A DNA stretch of 64,000 nt, from assembly GCA_050331735.1 (NCBI GenBank), contig JBHJGN010000023.1, positions 1-64,000 on the forward strand, in the 5' to 3' direction. The stretch comes from Cyanophyceae cyanobacterium (GTDB taxonomy: Bacteria; Cyanobacteriota; Cyanobacteriia; Cyanobacteriales; JBHJGN01). Made by a program: the position numbers and the translations under genes. Each line of letters begins with the position of its first letter. The stretch's first letter is position 1. The notes below the pieces were generated by a model, which ran no database searches, was not told the DNA's origin, and worked only from the letters and a program-made list of their open reading frames with translations. Shown here one piece after another: positions 40,152-49,758 of the stretch.

Positions 40152-40254
40152 AATTCTCAGCAGGAGAGATACGCTATTCACCCCGATCTCACGAACGGAT
40201 GGAAGGATAAAGAGATGTTATTTATAATTCGTACTTTATCATTCCTCATTCCTT

Positions 40255-41460
40255 ATGGGAGATGCTCGCTTTTTCCAATTCTTTCGCCATCTTAATTTTG
40301 TCACCCTCAGAAGAGCCGTTACTCGTGCTTTTCAACGGCGGCTGGTGGGGCTATCTGCCGAGATGGCCTACAACGCGATGTTGGCTCTGTTTCCGGCCAT
40401 CTTGGCCATCTTGACGGCGATTGGCATGTTTGAGGAATCGATCGCCTCAACGGTTGTCAACTTAACCGGGCAAATTCGAGAAATCGTGCCCGAGCAGGTT
40501 TGGACGCTTTTATTAGAGTTTGTCCAGGGAGTGAGGGTCAATCAGGGAGGCGGATGGTTCTCGATTAGCTTCTTGGCGGCAATTTGGGTATTTTCGGGAG
40601 CCTTAAGTGCCGCGATGAACGCTCTCGACCAAATCCATCAGGTGCCGTCGAAACAAAGACGCCCATTTTGGAAGGCTAAGCTACTGTCTATTGTGCTGGC
40701 GATTGGTACGATTGTGCTGCTGATTGTGGCTTCTTTTCTGGTTTTGCTCGGAGACTTTGCCATTCAGCTAGCGGTTAGTCAAAACTGGAGAGCCTTGCTG
40801 TTACGAGTTTGGCAGCTTTTGGGAATTGCCGTCATTGTCGGCACCATGATTGTGTCTGTCACTTTGGCTTTTCGCACCCTGCAAGTACCGTCAAGCCAGC
40901 AGACTTTCTGGAGCAAGGTGCGCTCCATTATCCAAATTACTTTTGTCGGCATTGTTTTTGTGGTGGTGGTTGACTTTGCTCTGGCCTACATCGAAGATTT
41001 AACGACGCAGTCAGAGATCAATCAAACGATCGAGCACGTGCTCGTCAGCGTGTGGCGGTTGTTGAGCTGGCCCGTTGCTCTTGGCATCGTCGCCACCGCC
41101 TTTGCCTTTATCTATCGCTTCGGTCCGAGTCGCTGGCACAATGGCACTCCGATCATGCCCGGAGCAATAATTGCCGCCATCTCTTGGGCCATCGTTTCGG
41201 CAATTTTTCGGCTCTACGTCACTAATTTTGGTCAGTACAATAAGGTCTACGGAGCAGTCGGAGCGGTGATTGTCTTGATGCTGTGGCTATTTATGAGTTC
41301 TTTGGTAATGCTTCTTGGTGACCAGCTTAATGCGACGGTCGGTGAAGCAATGCGTCACAAAAAACAGTCAAGGGAACTGGCAAAGAGACAGAAATTACCA
41401 ACCGAACTGACCCGTACTGGAGATGAGGCGACGGGTGAAGGCAGAGGGAGAAAAATATAA
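40255..41460 (+). CDS. YihY/BrkB family membrane protein with an internal duplication
   Basis: SAEMAY..LALFP; YRFGP; PGAIIA; YNKVYGAVGAVIVLMLW. Confidence 0.9.
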   Translation: MGDARFFQFFRHLNFVTLRRAVTRAFQRRLVGLSAEMAYNAMLALFPAILAILTAIGMFEESIASTVVNLTGQIREIVPEQVWTLLLEFVQGVRVNQGGGWFSISFLAAIWVFSGALSAAMNALDQIHQVPSKQRRPFWKAKLLSIVLAIGTIVLLIVASFLVLLGDFAIQLAVSQNWRALLLRVWQLLGIAVIVGTMIVSVTLAFRTLQVPSSQQTFWSKVRSIIQITFVGIVFVVVVDFALAYIEDLTTQSEINQTIEHVLVSVWRLLSWPVALGIVATAFAFIYRFGPSRWHNGTPIMPGAIIAAISWAIVSAIFRLYVTNFGQYNKVYGAVGAVIVLMLWLFMSSLVMLLGDQLNATVGEAMRHKKQSRELAKRQKLPTELTRTGDEATGEGRGRKI

Positions 41461-41607
41461 GTTGATTGTTTCTAGCGTGGAAACTGGGCCAGAGGTTCAG
41501 GGAAACAAGCTGAGCCGGTTAGCTTATTCTTGTTCTTCTGTCGCGGAGCGACCGATCCTTGGCCCCCTTTTCGGATCTTTAACAGGAATCGAGGGAATTG
41601 AGAGCCA

Positions 41608-42093
41608 ATGACTTCTCAACGAGAGCCAATAAAACGCCAACAGCAGCTTGAGCAGTTGCGATCGCTGAGCTATTTCCTAGACAGCGCTATCCCTATTCCG
41701 GGAACGGACTACCGCGTTGGCCTAGACCCGCTCCTAGGGCTCTTCCCCGGCGTTGGCGACTATCTAGGGACGGCTTTCTCTACCTACATTGTCCTCCAGG
41801 CAGCTCGCCTAGGAGCCTCTAAAGCGACGTTATCTCGCATGGCTCTCAATATTATGCTCGATACGGTGATTGGTAACGTACCGCTGCTGGGAGACTTATT
41901 CGATGCCACTTGGAAAGCCAACCGTAAGAACATAGCGCTGCTAGAAACCCATCTGCGTTCTCCTCTAACCCGCAGCCGAGTAGACTGGTGGTTCTTCGTG
42001 CTGCTTCTGGGCAGTCTGCTGCTGTTTGTGGCGGCGGCTGTTGCCTTGAATCTCTGGCTGTTCGGGCAGCTACTCCAATCCTTTCGTCGTTGA
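41608..42093 (+). CDS. DUF4112 domain protein
   Basis: LDSAIPIPGT..VGLDPLLGLFPGVGD; GDLFDATWKAN. Confidence 0.9.
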   Translation: MTSQREPIKRQQQLEQLRSLSYFLDSAIPIPGTDYRVGLDPLLGLFPGVGDYLGTAFSTYIVLQAARLGASKATLSRMALNIMLDTVIGNVPLLGDLFDATWKANRKNIALLETHLRSPLTRSRVDWWFFVLLLGSLLLFVAAAVALNLWLFGQLLQSFRR

Positions 42094-42301
42094 TGGTTGA
42101 TTGGTCATCGATCGTTCATTACACAAACAAAGGGCCTTGCTGCCAATCGTAACGATAGCCTAGACAAAACCCATTCAAACATGAGAATTAACCATCAACG
42201 ATTAACAATCAGCCCTCCTAATCATCACCGATTCAGCAACGTCAAACAAAGGACCAATCAGTAATGCCCTACAATAAACCAGTTAAGTCACACCTATAGA
42301 A

Positions 42302-43162
42302 ATGGAAATCGCGCAGCTTTTCTTCAACGGTCTTGCTGTCGGCAGTATCATTGCGCTGTCCGCAGTGGGATTAACCTTGACCTACGGCATCCTGCGGCTT
42401 TCTAACTTCGCCCACGGAGATTTTATGACCCTTGGAGCCTATCTAACCTGGGTGGCAAATACCAACGGAGTTAATATCTGGCTGTCTATTTTAGTGGGAG
42501 CTGCGGGAACCATCGGAGCCATGTTGCTCTCTGAGCTGCTGCTGTGGAAACCGATGCGCGATCGCCGCGCTTCCTCGACCACGTTAATTATTATTTCAAT
42601 TGGGCTAGCCTTGTTCATTCGCAGCGCGATTCTCTTAATTTGGGGCAGCGGTAACCAATCCTACGCGCTTCCCCTGGTTCCGGCTCTCGATATTGGCGGG
42701 GTCAGAGTCGCCTTCTATCGCCTGATTGTGATTGGTTTGGCGATTATTGCCACCCTCGGTCTGTATTTCTTGCTCCAAAACAGCAAAATCGGCAAGGCGA
42801 TGCGAGCCGTAGCCGACAATCTTGATTTAGCGAGAGTCTCGGGGATCAATGTGGAGCGAGTGGTGCTGTGGACGTGGATCCTGACTGGCTTTCTCACGGC
42901 TGCTGCCGGAGCCCTGTACGGGCTGATTGCGGTTGTTCGACCCAACATGGGCTGGTTTCTGATTTTGCCGCTGTTTGCCTCGGTCATTCTTGGCGGTATT
43001 GGTAATCCTTATGGCGCGATCGCTGGCGGATTGGTAATCGGCCTCGCTCAAGAATTAAGTGTTCCTCTCCTAGGATCTCAGTATAAGCTCGGAGTGGCGC
43101 TGCTGGTGATGGTGCTCATTTTACTCGTCCGTCCGCAGGGCTTGTTTAAAGGGACGTTTTAG
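42302..43162 (+). CDS. natD: neutral/branched-chain amino acid ABC transporter permease (LivH-type)
   Basis: GLTLTYGILRLSNFAHG, GKAMRAVA..LARVSGIN, VILGGIG, RPQGLF. Confidence 0.88.
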   Translation: MEIAQLFFNGLAVGSIIALSAVGLTLTYGILRLSNFAHGDFMTLGAYLTWVANTNGVNIWLSILVGAAGTIGAMLLSELLLWKPMRDRRASSTTLIIISIGLALFIRSAILLIWGSGNQSYALPLVPALDIGGVRVAFYRLIVIGLAIIATLGLYFLLQNSKIGKAMRAVADNLDLARVSGINVERVVLWTWILTGFLTAAAGALYGLIAVVRPNMGWFLILPLFASVILGGIGNPYGAIAGGLVIGLAQELSVPLLGSQYKLGVALLVMVLILLVRPQGLFKGTF

Positions 43163-43291
43163 GGAGATACGCGCTTTCAAAGACAAGGGGTGAAGAGATA
43201 AATCGCAGTTGCGCTTTGAGCTAACAGCAAGCTGCATTGTTCTTCACCCAAGCAAGTTTAAACCAGCAACGCTGCTAAAGTTCTCGCTGCT

Positions 43292-43432
43292 CTACGGACT
43301 AACGATATGAAAATAAATAGCAGCAATGAGAATATTGCCAGCTAGCAAGAATAGGGCCCACGCCGTGCGATAAGGATAGGGAGGATTACCAGTCTGGGGA
43401 ACTGGACGATCTTGAGTTGAGCTAGTTGCCAT
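43292..43432 (-). CDS. psaX: photosystem I subunit PsaX (46 aa, below the ORF-track cutoff)
   Basis: MATSSTQDRPVPQTGNPPYPYRTAWALFLLAGNILIAAIYFHIVSP; PY..RT.W.L.LLA.N..AA.YFHI signature; AGGAGA RBS. Confidence 0.88.
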   Translation of the reverse strand: MATSSTQDRPVPQTGNPPYPYRTAWALFLLAGNILIAAIYFHIVSP

Positions 43433-43534
43433 AAACGGTTCTCCTGTCAATTGAATGATTATTCAAGAAATACCAGAGATTGGTCCCTCGATGCACGTCT
43501 CCAACGAAAGATTTTTGAGGAATAGATATAAAAG

Positions 43535-44464
43535 TTAATTATTGTGCATCTCTCCAGCGTGGTAAGAACTTCTAACCAAAGGACCAGAGCGAACATCGGT
43601 AAAACCGAGCGAACGGGCCATCTCTCCGAGATGCTCAAATTCTGCTGGAGTCCAATATTTTTGAACAGGGAGATGCTGGAGAGAAGGGCGCAGGTACTGT
43701 CCCAGGGTCAGACGATCCACTTCAACAGAGCGTAAATCTTTCATCGCTTGAATAATTTCCGCCTCTGTTTCGCCGTGTCCTAGCATTAACCCCGATTTAG
43801 TCGGAATCGCCGGATCGAGTTCTTTGACAAACTGCAGCACGGCCAGCGAGCGCTCGTAGGTAGCTCCCCGGCGGACCGGTCCCTGGAGGCGGCGGACCGT
43901 TTCAATGTTGTGGTTATAGCAAGCTGGTTTAGCGGCCACCACCGTTTCGACGCGCTGTCGCTGTGCCGTTACTGCCTGCTTCCCGCTCCAAAAATCTGGA
44001 GTTAACACTTCAATTTGGGTGTCAGGATTCGTGGCGCGAATGGTTTCCATGACCTTAACGAACCATCCCGCTCCCCCATCGCTGAGGTCGTCTCTGGCAA
44101 CGGAGGTGAGAACAACATAGCGTAATCCGAGCATCTGAACCGCCTGCGCCACATGCAGGGGTTCTTTGGGATCTAACGTCATGGGGGCTTGTCCTTTATG
44201 GACTTGGCAGAAGGCGCAGGCGCGCGTACAGGTTGCTCCCATCAACAGAAAAGATGCGGTTTTTTGAGCATAGCACTCGCCGCGATTTGGACAGCGCCCT
44301 TCCTCGCAAATGGTATGAATCTGCCGCTGTTTAATAATTTTTTGGACAGAGGAAAGCTCGCTGGCTTTACCAATCTGGCGCTTAAGCCAGGAGGGAATGG
44401 CTGCAATCTCGCGGGGAGTAGTATTCAAGGCAGAATGAGCAGTTAGCGAAGGGTCGAGGGTCAT
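43535..44464 (-). CDS. lipA: lipoyl synthase
   Basis: [26 protein letters not shown]; likely start MTLDPS. Confidence 0.95.
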   Translation of the reverse strand: MTLDPSLTAHSALNTTPREIAAIPSWLKRQIGKASELSSVQKIIKQRQIHTICEEGRCPNRGECYAQKTASFLLMGATCTRACAFCQVHKGQAPMTLDPKEPLHVAQAVQMLGLRYVVLTSVARDDLSDGGAGWFVKVMETIRATNPDTQIEVLTPDFWSGKQAVTAQRQRVETVVAAKPACYNHNIETVRRLQGPVRRGATYERSLAVLQFVKELDPAIPTKSGLMLGHGETEAEIIQAMKDLRSVEVDRLTLGQYLRPSLQHLPVQKYWTPAEFEHLGEMARSLGFTDVRSGPLVRSSYHAGEMHNN

Positions 44465-44660
44465 GGCACTGAATACGGTTGGGGTCGAGAAGTTGGAGAA
44501 AACAAAAGCCGGATGATTCCTGGCCATCACTGCCCGGATCGTCTAGTTTCCTTGTCGGGTCGACGATCAAGCAATTTTGACAAGCCGTGTTGTTTTACTA
44601 GCGGTTTGAGGGAAATCTAGGCATATCTCAAATTCTATCGGTTGAGCGGAGGAACCTATT

Positions 44661-45197
44661 ATGCCTACTCGGAAAATTTTAGTCATCGACGATAGTAAAG
44701 TCATTAGAATGCGGGTCAAGGATATGCTACCGTCAGGCGACTTTGAAATTTTAGAAGCCAAGGACGGTGCAGAAGGCTTTGACTTGATCTGTAGCGAAAA
44801 CCCTAACCTGATTATGCTAGATTTTCTCTTACCTAAAATGAGCGGTTGGGAAGTCTATCAAAACATTCAAAAGCAGACGCAGCTCAAGACGATTCCGCTG
44901 CTGCTGATGTCTGGGCGAAAAGAAGAAGTGACCGAAAAGCTGGCTGAGCCTTTTGAGTATTTTGCCTTTGTAGAAAAGCCCTTCGATCAAAAACAGCTTT
45001 TTCAAGGGATTAAGGAAGCTATGGCCAAGGCAAAGAAACATCCACCTGTTGCTGGCGCTTCAGCAACGAGCGCTAGCGCAGCCGGGGCAGAGCTTCAGGT
45101 TCTCAACGATAAAATCAACAAAATGCAGAGAGAAATTGATAGCCTCAAGAAACAGCTCAATCAAGTCATTGGCTATGTGAAACAGAAGCTTCGGTAA
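44661..45197 (+). CDS. response regulator (REC + coiled coil)
   Basis: LVIDDS, MLDFLLP, MSG, EKPF; C-terminal coiled coil. Confidence 0.88.
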   Translation: MPTRKILVIDDSKVIRMRVKDMLPSGDFEILEAKDGAEGFDLICSENPNLIMLDFLLPKMSGWEVYQNIQKQTQLKTIPLLLMSGRKEEVTEKLAEPFEYFAFVEKPFDQKQLFQGIKEAMAKAKKHPPVAGASATSASAAGAELQVLNDKINKMQREIDSLKKQLNQVIGYVKQKLR

Positions 45198-45380
45198 GTC
45201 ACTGGATAAAATAATGTTTAGATTCAAGAGTGGCTATTAGCTCTTCGCTTTTCTTTCTTCCCCTGCTTTTCTATTTTCAACCGATTCTCCCTACTCAACG
45301 AAGTTCTCCCACAGGCAATTTTCAAGTCATTGGGCTGCCAAAAGGCACTATAGTAGGCAGAAGTGGTTCATTCGTCGTTC

Positions 45381-45554
45381 ATGGATCAAGTCGGATTTAT
45401 TGGGAAAGTGATTCTGCTTTCAGCCGTGCTGGCTGTATTAGTTAAGTACGGAGGTAGCCTGCTGCCGCTCGCTCCAACACCATCAACAGCTCTTGTGACT
45501 GTGTTTTTTCCGTCCTTGACTATGGCGATCGCTCTCTGGTGGCGCTCCCGTTAG
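45381..45554 (+). CDS. small two-TM hypothetical membrane protein
   Basis: MDQVGFIGKVILLSAVLAVLVKYGG..P..ALV..P..AIALWWR; two hydrophobic segments. Confidence 0.6.
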   Translation: MDQVGFIGKVILLSAVLAVLVKYGGSLLPLAPTPSTALVTVFFPSLTMAIALWWRSR

Positions 45555-45663
45555 CGGCTCTCACAGAGCCGTTCTCAAGTCAACAGAAAACGAAGGTCAC
45601 GCTATTCCTCATCGTTGATAGTGGCGCCCCCTGCTCTGCTCTTGCCCCTTCTTCCTGCTTACT

Positions 45664-46863
45664 ATGCGGACCCTCGCAGAGATCAACGACAAAATTCGTC
45701 AAAAACGAGCCGTCGTCTGGACGGTCGAAGAATTAAAGCACCGAGTGCAGGACAGTAGCGTGGCGGAGGCTTTCAAACAAGTCGATGTGGTTAGCACCGG
45801 AACATTTGAGCCGATGGAGTCTTCAGGAGCTTTAATTAATTTGGGCCACACAGACCCGCCCATGAAGATTCGGTCCTGCTGGCTAGACGGCATTCCGGCC
45901 TATGCGGGTTTTGGGGCGGTCGATCTCTACCTGGGCGCAACGGCGATGAGCGACTACAGCAGCGAACCGGAGGGCGAAGGACGACCTGGTAACTTAGAAC
46001 GGGGAGGCGGCCACGTTATTGAGGATCTGATCGCGGGAAAAGCGGTGCAGCTACGAGCCGTTGGCCAGGTCACCGATTGCTATCCACGAGCCTCTTTTGA
46101 AACAACGATTACCCGCGAGACAATTAATCAATTTTACTTATTTAACCCCCGCAACCTCTATCAAAATTTTATTGTCGGCATCAACGGCGGCGATCGCCCT
46201 CTGTTTACCTATTTAGGGCCTTTACAGCCCAGGCTAGCCAACGCCGTGTACTCCAATCCGGGGGCGCTCTCTCCCCTACTCAACGATCCCGATTTGCAGT
46301 TAATCGGCATTGGCAGTCGTATTTTTTTAGGAGGAGGAGTCGGCTACGTTGCCTGGGAAGGTACGCAGCATTTTCCCCTGCAAAAACGCCTGCCAAACCG
46401 TACGCCAATTGGTCCTGCCGCTACCCTAGCCCTCATCGGAGATGCTAGACAGATGACCCCCCGTTGGGTGCGCGGCTGCTATTTCAAAAACTACGGTCCT
46501 TCTTTAATGCTTGGTGTCGGAGTTCCTCTGCCTGTTTTAGAGGAAGAAGTTATTCGTCGATGCGCTGTCCAAGACCACGAAATCGTCGCTCCTGTGGTTG
46601 ATTTTTCCATCCCGCGGCGAGTGCGCCCCACCTTTGGCTTAGTGAGTTATGCCCAGCTCAAAAGTGGCCGCATCACCATCGACGGCAGAACCGTGCGCGT
46701 GGCTCCTTTGGCTAGCATCGCGCGGTCAAAACAGGTTGCTCAGGAACTCAAGGCATGGCTCGAAGCGGGGCAGTTTCTCCTCAGCGAACCCGTTGCGCCA
46801 CTGCCTCGCGATCGCTCCTTTTTGCCGCAAGACCGCTGGGGAGCACAGATTGCCCTCGAATAG
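45664..46863 (+). CDS. homocysteine biosynthesis protein (DUF39/HcyBio)
   Basis: MRTLAEINDKI, VDVV.TGTF.PM.SSG, GGGHVIEDL, TDCYP, NPRN.YQN, GTQH. Confidence 0.85.
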   Translation: MRTLAEINDKIRQKRAVVWTVEELKHRVQDSSVAEAFKQVDVVSTGTFEPMESSGALINLGHTDPPMKIRSCWLDGIPAYAGFGAVDLYLGATAMSDYSSEPEGEGRPGNLERGGGHVIEDLIAGKAVQLRAVGQVTDCYPRASFETTITRETINQFYLFNPRNLYQNFIVGINGGDRPLFTYLGPLQPRLANAVYSNPGALSPLLNDPDLQLIGIGSRIFLGGGVGYVAWEGTQHFPLQKRLPNRTPIGPAATLALIGDARQMTPRWVRGCYFKNYGPSLMLGVGVPLPVLEEEVIRRCAVQDHEIVAPVVDFSIPRRVRPTFGLVSYAQLKSGRITIDGRTVRVAPLASIARSKQVAQELKAWLEAGQFLLSEPVAPLPRDRSFLPQDRWGAQIALE

Positions 46864-46922
46864 AGCGCCAAGGGCGCAGGGCAAAGGGGGAATGAAACAG
46901 CTTGTTCTCTGCCCCTGTGTGC

Positions 46923-46990
46923 TTTCCCCGTCGCGAAGCGACTGTTTTCCCTTTCCCCGTTTCGTCAGGAACTATTTCCCCTTCCCCGAC
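46923..46990 (-). repeat. mini-hairpin + GGGGAAA repeat cluster
   Basis: minus strand GTCGC-TTC-GCGAC-GGGGAAA and GTTCC-TGAC-GAAAC-GGGGAAA. Confidence 0.7.
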
Positions 46991-47002
46991 AACTTCGCTG
47001 CC

Positions 47003-47836
47003 TTAGCGACTATCTTGGGTTCTCTTCACCGGACGGCTAATCGGTCTACTGGTCGCTTTCTTGACGGGGGCAGGACGATCATGACTGCGCTTGCTTGGCT
47101 TGTTGAGGATTTTTTTCTTTCCTCGAAACGGCTTTTTCTTACGAGGAATGACTCCGATATCAGTAGCTTCCTGGATCGCCAACTTTTGTCCCTGTAGCTG
47201 TGCCTGCAAATCCCAGAAATGGCCAACTGGTCTATCGGTTAGTGTGCCTTGCAGTTTCAGCTTAAAAAACTTAGGTTTCTCGGATTCTCGTTTAGGAGAT
47301 TGCCTAATTTTGACAATGACTGTCTCTTGAGCCTGGGCATAGAAAATTACTTCTCCACGAATCGAGAAATAGCCATCTTGAGGACGGTATTCTGGTGGAG
47401 AAGACTCCGTTGCTAACGTTTCCGGTTCCCAAACGCCAACAATTTGAACATGCAAATTGTCGTTGCTCTGTCTAGTCCGAGGATACACAACCCAAAGATG
47501 CTCTTGTTCCAAATCTAGGTGTTTTTTGACAATGCTGATAATCCGACCGAGCAACACGGCTTCAATGGCTACTCCTGCTGGCGTTGTCAATACGCCTCGG
47601 GTGAGCTGGTCTTGAGATTGATAGCGACCGCGAATGAGTCCGATGGCCCGGTATTGTCTAGGACTGCTAGGAGGAGAAATCGGCTGTTGCCTTAAAGTCT
47701 CACGATCGGTAGAAGCGTCTGTAGAAGAATCCGAGCTAGAAGCAGGAGTTTGAGTGGGATCCAAGTTGGCAGTTTCATGAGATTCTGCGTTGTTGTGAGG
47801 ACGGGGCGATTCAGAGACTTGATTGAAAGGCTTCAT
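47003..47836 (-). CDS. conserved cyanobacterial hypothetical protein
   Basis: PISPPS.P.QYRAIGL.RG.Y, HLWVVYPRT, LHVQIVGVWEPETL, GYFSIRGEV; basic tail; AGGAG RBS. Confidence 0.8.
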   Translation of the reverse strand: MKPFNQVSESPRPHNNAESHETANLDPTQTPASSSDSSTDASTDRETLRQQPISPPSSPRQYRAIGLIRGRYQSQDQLTRGVLTTPAGVAIEAVLLGRIISIVKKHLDLEQEHLWVVYPRTRQSNDNLHVQIVGVWEPETLATESSPPEYRPQDGYFSIRGEVIFYAQAQETVIVKIRQSPKRESEKPKFFKLKLQGTLTDRPVGHFWDLQAQLQGQKLAIQEATDIGVIPRKKKPFRGKKKILNKPSKRSHDRPAPVKKATSRPISRPVKRTQDSR

Positions 47837-48231
47837 ATAAAACTCCTAGCGACGGAGACGCTTTTACTAAACAGCCAAATCTGTCTGCGGTGAATAAGCA
47901 TTCTAAACCGAAGACTGGGAATTCGAGGTTTTATGTCCAGCATAGATCATCAGTGGAGCGAACGCCAAAAACAGGAAAGCCCTCGACTGCCTGCTCTCCC
48001 TCGCGTCTGTTTAACTCTAGAGCTAATTTAACAACGTTCATGGCGTAAACAGCGACTAAAAACCTCGACTTTCAAATTAGATAGCCGACTGCCTGTAGTT
48101 CGATTGAATATTGCTAGCAGTGTAGCTTAGCTTCGTAAAATATGTGGGTAGGGGATATCAGACGCCAACTGTGACGGCCTTGCCTGTTCACTAGCCTGCC
48201 GCTGCTAGCCGCTCACCCTGGGGCGGCTGAG

Positions 48232-48498
48232 TCAACGAGGCTCTGTATGACTTTCTGTAGACTGAAAAGTTTCTACTGCCGATATGACTTCCAAATACTG
48301 ACTTTCCATCAAAAAAGCTCCTTTGGCAAATCGCACTCCCCAATACCCACCGGGACGGCGGTCAATGACGATGCCTGTTTCACCAACTTGAATAATATCA
48401 GGAGGACGAAGCATCGGCATTGGCTCAGCCGTTTTTAGATATGGAGGACGGGAGATGAGCCGGACCTGAGCGCCAACGGTAATTTCTGGATGAGTCAT
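48232..48498 (-). CDS. sipA: SipA (DUF3148), NblS/Hik33-interacting regulator
   Basis: PPYLKTAEPMPMLRPPD..G....RRPGGYWGVRF..GAFL. Confidence 0.88.
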   Translation of the reverse strand: MTHPEITVGAQVRLISRPPYLKTAEPMPMLRPPDIIQVGETGIVIDRRPGGYWGVRFAKGAFLMESQYLEVISAVETFQSTESHTEPR

Positions 48499-48549
48499 CG
48501 GTCAATGATGGATACCATACCTCTACTGTAGAGCCTCGGGAGCAATTGG

Positions 48550-49542
48550 CTAGGGGATTTGCCAAATTCTCTGGTGGTACTTGTCAAACTCTGCATCAGG
48601 AGCAGAAGCGGACTGAGCCTGGTTGTGTCCGTGATGATGGCTGTGATGATGGTCGTGATGAGGCCCTTGATGGTGACTAGCTGCTGCTAAACGAAACTTA
48701 CACATTTCACAGTTCATCTGGACCTGGCCAAGCTGAGTTTCTAGTTCGCGCTCTCGCAACACCTGTAGCAGTAGAGGCTGAATGCCCATTTCTGGTAAGC
48801 AGGTCATAGAAATATGGGGATACTGCTCCTGCTGCTGAGCGGTGAGGCTGAAAATCTTCTTCACTAACACGCCAGTAAATAAAAAGTAGGGCAACACAAT
48901 GATTCGTCGAGGCTGATAGAGCCGAGCGCGGCGGAAGCCTTCTTCAAGACGAGGATGCGTAATGCCGATAAAGCAGGTTTCCACGGTGTGATAGCCGCTG
49001 CCTTCCCAGAGGAGGCGCGCCATTTTGTAGACGTCGCCATTAGCATCGGGATCGCTGGAGCCGCGTCCGACAAACAGCAGCACGGTATCTGAGCGCGTCA
49101 TGCGGTTGGGGTTGTGCTGTAGCTCGTCGAGGTGTGCTAACCGCTTGCGCCATAGCTGAAGGATGTCAGGAGCGATACCAAAGTGTCGCCCGTAAAAGAA
49201 CTGAACTTCGGGGTGGCGCTGGCGAGTGCGATCTAACTCATTAGTCACGTCAAACTTATTGTGACGGGCCGCAAACAGCAAAATTGGCAAGGCAGATAGT
49301 TCTGTGTACCCGCGTTCAACACAGTAATCAACGCCTTCTTGAATGGTTGGTCTGGTTAATTCTAGAAAACAGGGAACCACAGGGCGAGAAGGGTCAAGAG
49401 CTTGATAGGCTTGAGCAAAATCGAGAAAGGTTTGCCGTCCCTGGCTATCTTTCGTGCCGTGACCGATCATCAGGAGCGGACGTTTAAGAGGTAGCGGTGG
49501 CAATTGAAGCGAGTTCAGAGGGTTGTCTGCACTAATGAGCAT
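48550..49542 (-). CDS. cbiX: sirohydrochlorin cobaltochelatase (long CbiX)
   Basis: [33 protein letters not shown] motif and His-rich tail. Confidence 0.9.
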   Translation of the reverse strand: MLISADNPLNSLQLPPLPLKRPLLMIGHGTKDSQGRQTFLDFAQAYQALDPSRPVVPCFLELTRPTIQEGVDYCVERGYTELSALPILLFAARHNKFDVTNELDRTRQRHPEVQFFYGRHFGIAPDILQLWRKRLAHLDELQHNPNRMTRSDTVLLFVGRGSSDPDANGDVYKMARLLWEGSGYHTVETCFIGITHPRLEEGFRRARLYQPRRIIVLPYFLFTGVLVKKIFSLTAQQQEQYPHISMTCLPEMGIQPLLLQVLRERELETQLGQVQMNCEMCKFRLAAASHHQGPHHDHHHSHHHGHNQAQSASAPDAEFDKYHQRIWQIP

Positions 49543-49758
49543 TGAAAAAGAATCCTTTTTGAGGAAAAGAGAAAAATGGACGGAGCTTGAATGTAGCCAA
49601 CAGAAAGCATCAATGGACTACGATGCCCAATCATCTGCGGCACAGTTTCAAGGTTGCTATCATAGCTTATCTCTTGGCACCTTAAAATGCTGGGGAGGGG
49701 GACACGAAGGAGTGAGCCGTGACTACTGGCCGCATGACTAGTTATGTGTGTAAATTGT

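Noticed and set aside
49543..49758. Cobalamin riboswitch upstream of cbiX
   Set aside because: No B12-box or conserved GGGAA/GCCACTG elements seen on the coding strand.
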